Below are positions 7,481 through 14,641 of a stretch of 64,000 nucleotides of DNA, piece after piece. Under the pieces are notes generated by a model. It had not been told where the DNA came from. It made no database searches and was given only the letters and a program-made list of their open reading frames with translations. Numbering within the stretch: the first letter of the stretch is position 1; every line of letters begins with the position of its first letter. Origin of the DNA: a virus. Both the position numbers and the translations under genes were made by a program. The DNA lies in the IMG/VR virus record IMGVR_UViG_3300020469_003050, positions 1-64,000 of that record. One strand, written 5' to 3'.

Positions 7481-7884
7481 TGTACACACCCAAGGTAATT
7501 ATTCCGGAAGGAATACAATCTCAATATAAGTTAATGTTATACAGAATAATCATTGCATTATGTGAGGACAAACAGCCGGTTAATCCGTTTAAGTCTTTAT
7601 ATGATACAGTTGATGGGTTAAGAATAGCATTGAATACAACTAATGATTTGCCCGGTGCTATAAAACATTGGGATACAGAAATATCAGAAGGCAAATACAA
7701 TTACATAATCTTAGGAGATCCCAATCCATCAGGTTATAAAGAAAGTGTTTTACAAAAAGTTATGAATGAATGTTCAAATCCAAGCAGTAGCCTTATCAAT
7801 GATGAGTGGTTTCTAGCAATGATAAATATTACTAATAAAAATAAGTTAGTAGTTAATAAAGACTTAAAGATTACGATAGAATAA
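7480..7884 (+). CDS. hypothetical protein (position of a clamp-loader small subunit, but no recognisable similarity)
   Basis: 134-aa ORF. Start overlaps the upstream stop (TAATG). Confidence 0.6.
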   Translation: MYTPKVIIPEGIQSQYKLMLYRIIIALCEDKQPVNPFKSLYDTVDGLRIALNTTNDLPGAIKHWDTEISEGKYNYIILGDPNPSGYKESVLQKVMNECSNPSSSLINDEWFLAMINITNKNKLVVNKDLKITIE

Positions 7885-8222
7885 TGGCAAAGAAAGCATA
7901 TATAGTTTTAGCCCACACGTTTAGACCCGCTGATGGAGAGAATACCTCCATGAAAGATTTTGGTAAAAAGGGAAAATGGACAATGATGGAAGATTGCTAT
8001 TTCGTTACAAGATTACGTAAACGTTATTGGGATCATTCCACAACAATTATCAATCTTACAGATGCTAAGATTGAAAAGAACTCCGCTGAAACAAAAGACT
8101 ATAATAAGATAGTTCAACATGTTATGATTAAGTACCCACAACACTTCAATGCGTTTGTAAAAGAGTGCAAAGAGGGTGGATTAATTAATAAGGGAGCATC
8201 AGAGGAACAACCTACAGAGTAA
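7884..8222 (+). CDS. hypothetical protein
   Basis: 112-aa ORF. TAATG overlap with the upstream gene. Confidence 0.65.
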   Translation: MAKKAYIVLAHTFRPADGENTSMKDFGKKGKWTMMEDCYFVTRLRKRYWDHSTTIINLTDAKIEKNSAETKDYNKIVQHVMIKYPQHFNAFVKECKEGGLINKGASEEQPTE

Positions 8223-8225
8223 TAC

Positions 8226-8669
8226 ATGGCTATTATACATATATATGACTATGAAGACGGCATTCAAGACTTCATCGGTAATATGTTACCGTACGAATAC
8301 AAAACATTTGATTGGGACAAAGACGGGTTCTTTCAATTCGACAAATTAAACTCAGGTGATTACAATATAGTTTGCTTAACTAAGCCATATGATTGTTTAC
8401 AGAATGGTACTAACAAAGGTAAGTATAATGCAGAATCTCCTAAGGAAATGAAGATATGGAGCAGGAGAAACTGGAGATATAACACACAAGATATCAATGA
8501 TGAAATATATAAGTTTTTAACTAAACTAGAAGGCAACTATATTTGTATTCATCCTGATATGATTGAAGAAAAAGTCACAGACCTTTGTGCATATTTAATG
8601 ACTAACCAAGTAAATTTTAAAAAAAGAGAATACAACAAGTTTTATAAAGAACAGATTAATATAAAATGA
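8226..8669 (+). CDS. hypothetical protein
   Basis: 147-aa ORF, co-directional and tightly packed. Confidence 0.65.
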   Translation: MAIIHIYDYEDGIQDFIGNMLPYEYKTFDWDKDGFFQFDKLNSGDYNIVCLTKPYDCLQNGTNKGKYNAESPKEMKIWSRRNWRYNTQDINDEIYKFLTKLEGNYICIHPDMIEEKVTDLCAYLMTNQVNFKKREYNKFYKEQINIK

Positions 8670-9106
8670 GTAAAATAATAAGAGATAAGTTTAATGCAGA
8701 ACATAAGATGCCTACAACACAAATTATGGGCACCATATCAGATGCTATTGCTCTCAAAATTAATCAAATGGTTGTTTCAGGTGATACAAGCGAAGCAAAG
8801 ACGATTGTAGACCACCTCAACCAAATACTAAAGACCGATATATCTGATATTAATGCAGATACTTTCCCAGAACCTTTTCAAACTGAATCTAAGATGAATG
8901 TAGATTACACAAATCCAACAGGTTTGTTCTTTCTAGTTACATCAGGTTCAGCAGAAATAAGAGTAGAGGGAAAAAGTTTTCAATTAAATCGTAAAAAGAT
9001 ATTCTTTGTTAACGAAAGATTACCGTATGTTATCTTATCACCAGATAGTAGCAGACTAAATATGATGTCTGCCAAGTTTATGTGGGATAAGAATCTTCAT
9101 GCATAA
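8666..9106 (+). CDS. hypothetical protein
   Basis: 146-aa ORF. ATGA overlap with the upstream gene. Confidence 0.65.
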   Translation: MSKIIRDKFNAEHKMPTTQIMGTISDAIALKINQMVVSGDTSEAKTIVDHLNQILKTDISDINADTFPEPFQTESKMNVDYTNPTGLFFLVTSGSAEIRVEGKSFQLNRKKIFFVNERLPYVILSPDSSRLNMMSAKFMWDKNLHA

Positions 9107-9335
9107 TAAAGTAGATTTACACGGACTTTTTGTTCATGAAGGTTGGAAACGTTTTCGTAAGTCAACACAAGAGGCATATTTATATGGTCATAAACAAATC
9201 ATCGTTATTGTCGGACATGGAGAAATGTCAAAAGAGTTTGAAAAATGGTGTGAAGCGGATCCTTACGTGAGAGAAACTAGAAGATTAGATAGAAACACAG
9301 GTGCATTCAGAGTAATATTAAAGAAGAAAAAGTAA
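9099..9335 (+). CDS. Smr (MutS2-related small nuclease) domain protein
   Basis: 78 aa. Smr signatures are VDLHGLFVHEG (DLHG) and IIVIVGHG (xGxG). Confidence 0.7.
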   Translation: MHNKVDLHGLFVHEGWKRFRKSTQEAYLYGHKQIIVIVGHGEMSKEFEKWCEADPYVRETRRLDRNTGAFRVILKKKK

Positions 9336-10687
9336 TGGCAGATTCAACTAAAACTTATTGCAAATATTTCTTCAATCACATTGCACTTTGGAATGGTAGA
9401 CTAGCAACTCCTTGTTGTAGGTATAGTACTAAACCTGGCTCAGAAACAAAAAGTTTTGCTCACCCATATGAATCTGTAAGAACTTTTAAAGAAACTTTAC
9501 TTTCAGATAAATGGGAGACATTAAGAAAAAACTCATTAGCTGGTATAAAGGATCCTGGTTGTTGGAAATGTTATGAGGAAGAAGAAAAGGGTATATACTC
9601 ATTACGTAATCAAGCAAATGAAGTAATGCTTGACCAGAAAGTTGAAGCAGGATTAACACATGATAGTCAAGGAGATTGGGCAGATGTATTAAAATACGTA
9701 CAATCAACTAAATTAACATATCTTGAAATGAATTTAGGTAACTATTGTAATTTGGCATGTAATATATGTAATTCATCGTTGAGTACGAAATGGGAAGAAG
9801 ATGATAGATGGTTAAAACAAGAAAAAGGTTTCGATAGGGGTGTATTTAAATCTGATACAAAATTAGAAATAGAATATGACAAAGCAGATTATGAACATGT
9901 TAATAGAATAAAGTTTGTTGGTGGTGAACCAATGCTACACCCAAAGTTTTTAAGCATCGTAGACTTTATTATTGAAACAGGCTATTCAAAAAATATAGAG
10001 TTACAAATTTTTACAAATGCAAGTTGGATACCTAAAGATAAAATCATTAGTAGACTATCACAATTTAAAAGAGTAAGAATTTCATTAAGTATTGACGGAA
10101 CCGAGGAAGTAAATGACTATACGAGACATTTAAGTTCTTGGGAAACTGTAAACGCAACCGCCAGAAGGTGGATGGAACTGTCAATGGAGCATGAAGGTAT
10201 CCAAGTAAAATGGGAACCTACTCTGAGTGTGTATAACGCCAATCACATTCCAGAAATGTTTCAGTGGTGGATTGACTTATGCCTAGAAATAAGAGGAGAG
10301 AATATTCAAAAGGCATTATTAATCGACAAGGGAACTGGTATAAACATTTATCTTAATAATGTATTAGACCCTAGTTATCTTCAACCAAAACTTTTTCCTC
10401 ATCATAATAATGGTGAAGGAGATAAAGATTTGTTTAGACGAATTGAGATATGGTTGAATGATATAAAAGATAAGCACTATGAACAAGGTAATCATTGGAA
10501 CATGAGTGCAATACGTATGTTAAAAGAAGTTGTACGTAAAGGTAAATCATTAATAGAGCAAGAGCCAAGCAAAAAAGATATACTTGACTTTCATAAGTAT
10601 TCTGTATTGTTAGACAAACGAAGAGGCAAAGACATTAAGACTGCATTGCCTGAAATGTGGCGCCTTGTAACTAGAGAAAAAGTGTGA
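9335..10687 (+). CDS. radical SAM enzyme with N-terminal Cys-rich module (paralog of 56062..57384)
   Basis: 450 aa. Contains the CxxxCxxC motif in NLGNYCNLACNICN, a GGEP motif (FVGGEPML), and N-terminal TPCC....DPGCWKCY. Confidence 0.8.
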   Translation: MADSTKTYCKYFFNHIALWNGRLATPCCRYSTKPGSETKSFAHPYESVRTFKETLLSDKWETLRKNSLAGIKDPGCWKCYEEEEKGIYSLRNQANEVMLDQKVEAGLTHDSQGDWADVLKYVQSTKLTYLEMNLGNYCNLACNICNSSLSTKWEEDDRWLKQEKGFDRGVFKSDTKLEIEYDKADYEHVNRIKFVGGEPMLHPKFLSIVDFIIETGYSKNIELQIFTNASWIPKDKIISRLSQFKRVRISLSIDGTEEVNDYTRHLSSWETVNATARRWMELSMEHEGIQVKWEPTLSVYNANHIPEMFQWWIDLCLEIRGENIQKALLIDKGTGINIYLNNVLDPSYLQPKLFPHHNNGEGDKDLFRRIEIWLNDIKDKHYEQGNHWNMSAIRMLKEVVRKGKSLIEQEPSKKDILDFHKYSVLLDKRRGKDIKTALPEMWRLVTREKV

Positions 10688-10693
10688 TTTTAC

Positions 10694-10722
10694 TTGACAA
10701 ATCATATAAGCAGTGCTATACT
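10694..10722 (+). promoter_or_regulatory. sigma70-type promoter with extended -10
   Basis: TTGACA (10694-10699), 17 nt, TATACT (10717-10722) preceded by TGc. Confidence 0.65.
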
Positions 10723-10754
10723 GTTTAAGTAATCAGAAAGAAAAGTAATCAAAC

Positions 10755-11330
10755 ATGAATAAAATTATTGTGACAGACTGTGACGGAGTCCTCCTCGATT
10801 GGGAAAACTCTTTCTATGAGTGGATGAAATCAAGAGGATATGATGCACATAATGTAGGTGTTTACGACATGGCAGATGTATTTGCTATGAAAAAGAAAGA
10901 AGTAAAAAAGCTGATTAAAGAATTTAATAATAGTTCATGGATGGCTACTCTGCCTGTTCTACGTGATGCAAGAAGTGGTGTTGCTAAACTTGTAGAAGCA
11001 GGATACGAATTTCATTGTGTAACTTCATTGAGTTTAGATGAAAACACAAAAGCATTAAGACAACAGAATTTAGATAATGTATTTGGAAAAGGTGCGTTTA
11101 CTAAACTAGTATGTTTAGATACTGGTGCAGATAAAGACGAAGGACTTGAGCCTTACACTGATACCGGTTATTACTGGATAGAAGATAAAACTGAGAATGC
11201 ACTTTGTGGACTAAAATATGGATTACAACCAATTCTTATTAGTCACCAACACAATTCAGAAATGACAAGTGATGGTATGATTCCAGTTGTTGATACTTGG
11301 GCTGAGATTGTAGATATTATTGTAAAATAA
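10755..11330 (+). CDS. HAD-superfamily phosphatase/hydrolase
   Basis: 191 aa. HAD motif I is at the N-terminus (IIVTDCDGVLLDW). VTS (motif II-like) and a late acidic motif (YWIEDK) are also present. Confidence 0.7.
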   Translation: MNKIIVTDCDGVLLDWENSFYEWMKSRGYDAHNVGVYDMADVFAMKKKEVKKLIKEFNNSSWMATLPVLRDARSGVAKLVEAGYEFHCVTSLSLDENTKALRQQNLDNVFGKGAFTKLVCLDTGADKDEGLEPYTDTGYYWIEDKTENALCGLKYGLQPILISHQHNSEMTSDGMIPVVDTWAEIVDIIVK

Positions 11331-11350
11331 TGAGGGAGCGAACTCCCTCA
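11331..11350. terminator. hairpin between convergent genes (bidirectional terminator candidate)
   Basis: TGAGGGAG-cgaa-CTCCCTCA, a perfect 8-bp stem between the stops at 11330 (+) and 11357 (-). Confidence 0.6.
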
Positions 11351-11356
11351 CCACTT

Positions 11357-12097
11357 TTAATCGTCTTCTCCGTAAATTTTTAGAACTTCTGTAACTGCAG
11401 GATGCCTCTCCACATCCATTAAATCAAATCTACTAATACTAATATGATTTAATTTTGCTTTTTCATAATTGTTCACAAGTTCTACAAAATCTGAAAGACC
11501 GTTTTCTGAAAATCCTCTGTCATGTTGCTTTAGGTCGCCGGTTACTATCATCTTTGTATTAACACCTATTCGGGTTAGTAACATCTTCATTTGAGATTTC
11601 GTTGCGTTTTGCATTTCGTCTGCAATGATCCACGAGTTTTCAAATGTACGACCACGCATATATGCTAATGGGGCTATCTCAATCAAATTTTCTGTGAGCA
11701 TCATTTCGATTTGTTGCATCGTAAAATGCTTCTCAAATATATCAAATATAGGCCTAGTCCATGGTGACATCTTTTCGTTTAAATCACCGGGTAAGAACCC
11801 ATGTTGCTCGTCAACTGATACTGCAGGACGAGTTATAACTATTTTTTTCACCTCTCTTTCCATGAATGCTTTTATTCCCATTTGCGTACACAGGAGTGTT
11901 TTACCTGTACCAGCAGGACCAATCGCAAATACAATATTATTATCTGGATTAGCTAACTGATATAGATAGTCTTCTTGTGATACGTTTCTGGGTAAAATAG
12001 TTGGAATTGTTTTTTTATGTAGCGGGATTACACCGTAATCGTTGCTACGGCTCTGTGCTTTGTTGTTATGTTTTTCAACACGTTTTTTTCGTGCCAT
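11357..12097 (-). CDS. phoH: PhoH-like ATPase
   Basis: 246 aa. Motifs: AIGPAGTGKT, ITRPAVSVDEQHGFLPGDLNEKMSPW, GRTFENSWIIADEMQN, VTGDLKQHD. Strong RBS AAGGAGG. Confidence 0.9.
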   Translation of the reverse strand: MARKKRVEKHNNKAQSRSNDYGVIPLHKKTIPTILPRNVSQEDYLYQLANPDNNIVFAIGPAGTGKTLLCTQMGIKAFMEREVKKIVITRPAVSVDEQHGFLPGDLNEKMSPWTRPIFDIFEKHFTMQQIEMMLTENLIEIAPLAYMRGRTFENSWIIADEMQNATKSQMKMLLTRIGVNTKMIVTGDLKQHDRGFSENGLSDFVELVNNYEKAKLNHISISRFDLMDVERHPAVTEVLKIYGEDD

Positions 12098-12165
12098 GTG
12101 TTTTCCTCCTTAAAGAGGGATTTTCAGAATGAGCATTACACTCAATATTACTTATCTTTTTTAGG

Positions 12166-12194
12166 TTGCAAATAACTAGCAATACTGCTAAAAT
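12166..12194 (+). promoter_or_regulatory. weak promoter candidate
   Basis: TTGCAA (12166-12171), 17 nt, TAAAAT (12189-12194), in the divergent phoH/12240 intergenic region. Confidence 0.3.
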
Positions 12195-12239
12195 AAGAAA
12201 ATAAATTTTCTTTGTTACAAAAAAGATAAATAGATATGT

Positions 12240-12770
12240 ATGAAGATTATGGAGAAAAGCATGTCAGATGTAAACTCAAATGATATTATTGACAATATAA
12301 GAAATGTCGATAAAAATGGCACATTGTTAGACGTTCTACTTGAATTTGAAAAAGTATTGGACGAAGTTGGCATGTATGCTTATAAGAATTGGTCTAAAGG
12401 TGAAATCGCTATGGGACCAAAGCTATCACGTTATTGGTTACACGTTAAAGTAATGTATCAATATGATGATATGCCTGACCCAAGAGCAGGATTAAGATTA
12501 ACTAAATTAGGCTGTGAAGTCAAATATGAACAAGCAGTACTAAAGACACCAATTACTCCAAAATCGCCAGAAGATTTAGATGGCAATGGTAAACCAAAAC
12601 TGAAATCTGACACAGTTTGGTTAATTGATATTTTAATGCCACGTAAGTTTGTAGATGAGTTTACAGACGAAGAAATGGCAGTTGGTGACATCAAAGTAGA
12701 TACAGAAGCATTAGGTAATGCAGAAGTACAAGGACTTGATGATGCTACCAATCAGCAACAGGATATTTAA
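12240..12770 (+). CDS. hypothetical acidic protein
   Basis: 176-aa ORF. The likelier start is ATG 12261 (MSDVNS), downstream of GGAG. Confidence 0.65.
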   Translation: MKIMEKSMSDVNSNDIIDNIRNVDKNGTLLDVLLEFEKVLDEVGMYAYKNWSKGEIAMGPKLSRYWLHVKVMYQYDDMPDPRAGLRLTKLGCEVKYEQAVLKTPITPKSPEDLDGNGKPKLKSDTVWLIDILMPRKFVDEFTDEEMAVGDIKVDTEALGNAEVQGLDDATNQQQDI

Positions 12771-12772
12771 TT

Positions 12773-13180
12773 ATGAAGTTTGAGCAAATTATAGAAGGCG
12801 TAGGACATAACGATTTGAAAGGTCTAGTATCAAATAGAATTTCAATAGCTGAGTTCGAACCTAAAACAGGAAACGAAGAAGATGTTATTGTTGTAGCATT
12901 CTATGTAAAAGATGATAAACCTGCTCAAGACCTAGCAACATTTATGGAAAAAGGTGTTGTTGATATTTTAGATACCGAAGTATCTCCGAATGCAGACGAT
13001 GATGGTCACTACTTAGTATTTGTTGAAATGAAGAATGAAAACATAATGAAAACTACTTTAGAACTATTAGATGATGTTGCTCGTATTTGCAGTTGTGATG
13101 ATTGGTCACTAGAATTTTATGGTGGCAAAACAGTATCAATAAAAGCAGATGAAATTGAAGGGTATCTAAAAAAGAATTAA
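12773..13180 (+). CDS. hypothetical acidic protein
   Basis: 135-aa ORF. N-terminus is MKFEQIIEG. Confidence 0.65.
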   Translation: MKFEQIIEGVGHNDLKGLVSNRISIAEFEPKTGNEEDVIVVAFYVKDDKPAQDLATFMEKGVVDILDTEVSPNADDDGHYLVFVEMKNENIMKTTLELLDDVARICSCDDWSLEFYGGKTVSIKADEIEGYLKKN

Positions 13181-13395
13181 TGGCCAGAGAACCCGCTATG
13201 GAATTTGAAGGTGATGTAGTAGATATCACTCCCGGATGTTTCAAGGTCAAATTAGATAACGGTCATATAATTGATGGTATGTTATCTGGAAAAATGAGAA
13301 AGAATAACATTAAGGTTATTCTGCATGATAGAGTTAAAATTGAAGTGACTCCTTATGATATAACAAAGGGTCGCATAACTTTTAGGTACAAATAA
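13180..13395 (+). CDS. infA: translation initiation factor IF-1 homolog
   Basis: 71 aa, full-length and collinear with bacterial IF-1. Examples: EFEGDVVDITPGCFKVKLDNGH, SGKMRKNNIKVILHDRVKIEVTPYDITKGRITFRYK (compare E. coli [34 protein letters not shown]). Confidence 0.9.
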   Translation: MAREPAMEFEGDVVDITPGCFKVKLDNGHIIDGMLSGKMRKNNIKVILHDRVKIEVTPYDITKGRITFRYK

Positions 13396-13396
13396 T

Positions 13397-13873
13397 ATGT
13401 TTTTTTATAGAATCAAAAAATATCTAATAATCGCAGGTATTCTAGCCGCGGTTGGATTTGGATTATTTAAGTATTATGAATATACACAGAATCAAATAAG
13501 AATATATGCCGAAAATGCCGCTAGAGCAGAAATGGCTCAACAAGAGACACAAGCCGCTTTAGAGAAAACAATGAAAGACCTAGAGTTAGTACAAGAAAAA
13601 TTTACTAAGGTTACTGAGCAATTTGCGGCGGCTAATGGTCGTGTAAAAGGCTTAGAAAATAAACTAAAAGAACATGATTTACCTTACTTGGCTGAACAAA
13701 AACCAGGATTAATCGATAAAATAGTTGACAAAGGTACTAAAGATATGTTAAGATGTTTAGAAATAGTAAGTGGTTCACCACTAACCGAGGAAGAAATAAA
13801 TGTTACTAAGAAAAGTAAAGCAAATACCACATGTCCTGATATTGCTAACCCTAACTACGTTCCTATTAACTAG
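13397..13873 (+). CDS. i-spanin candidate (N-terminal TM plus coiled coil)
   Basis: 158 aa. TM is YLIIAGILAAVGFGLF, then a helical charged region. Its 3' end is overlapped out of frame by a lipoprotein ORF. Confidence 0.5.
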   Translation: MFFYRIKKYLIIAGILAAVGFGLFKYYEYTQNQIRIYAENAARAEMAQQETQAALEKTMKDLELVQEKFTKVTEQFAAANGRVKGLENKLKEHDLPYLAEQKPGLIDKIVDKGTKDMLRCLEIVSGSPLTEEEINVTKKSKANTTCPDIANPNYVPIN

Positions 13874-14258
13874 TTGCGGGTCAGTTCCAAAATCAGTAAC
13901 ATATACGCCCAAACCAGTTGAGCGGCCTGAGTTAATTTTGCCTGAAACAAAAACATTGAATATGCGTAACGTTGACTTTATTGTAATGACAAGAGAAAAC
14001 GTTGAAGAAGAATTCGCTAAGTTAGAAAAAGACGGTAAAGCCATTGTTATTTTTGGGTTAGATGCAGAAGACTATGAAAAGTTATCATTCAACATAGCAG
14101 ACATTTTAGAATTATTAGACCAACAACAATCAGTCATAGTTGCGTATAGAGAATATTACGAAGAAGCAGATAAGACCCTTGAAGAAATCAATTCACAAAG
14201 CGAAGTAGAAATTGAAGTCGATAAGGAAGATGGCTTTCTTTCTAATTTTCTCAAATGA
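13800..14258 (+). CDS. o-spanin candidate (lipoprotein), overlapped architecture
   Basis: 152 aa. Signal plus lipobox: MLLRKVKQIPHVLILLTLTTFLLTS-C. The mature N-terminus is Pro-rich (PKSVTYTPKPVERPELILPE). RBS GAGGAAG. The start lies inside the upstream gene. It is longer than typical o-spanins. Confidence 0.5.
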   Translation: MLLRKVKQIPHVLILLTLTTFLLTSCGSVPKSVTYTPKPVERPELILPETKTLNMRNVDFIVMTRENVEEEFAKLEKDGKAIVIFGLDAEDYEKLSFNIADILELLDQQQSVIVAYREYYEEADKTLEEINSQSEVEIEVDKEDGFLSNFLK

Positions 14259-14641
14259 CAGACAATCCATACTCAGTTTTAAAAATCGATAAATATTCTA
14301 CAACAGATGATATCAGACAGTCTTACAAAAGGCTTATGAAGAAGCATCATCCTGACACTGGTGACGGTGACAGAGAAACATTTGATAAGGTACGACTTGC
14401 TTATATACAGTTAAAAGATAAAAAACCCGATAATGGTGTTGTAAGGACACTCAGCATAACAGTCCCTATAACAAAGCAAGACTTATCTTTAATCTTAGGC
14501 ACTAGACAAACATTCATGTGTCAGGATGTTCCTTTCGATGTAATGGTTCCTTATGAGACTAGAATTAATGATACTATTGTTGTTAAAAAAATACTAGGTG
14601 ACTTGTCACTTAAAATAAAATTCAAGGAAGACAATGAGTAA
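14255..14641 (+). CDS. J-domain (DnaJ-like) co-chaperone
   Basis: 128 aa. Canonical J-domain: NPYSVLKIDKYSTTDDIRQSYKRLMKKHHPDTGDGDRETFDKVRLAYIQL, with intact HPD. Confidence 0.8.
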   Translation: MTDNPYSVLKIDKYSTTDDIRQSYKRLMKKHHPDTGDGDRETFDKVRLAYIQLKDKKPDNGVVRTLSITVPITKQDLSLILGTRQTFMCQDVPFDVMVPYETRINDTIVVKKILGDLSLKIKFKEDNE

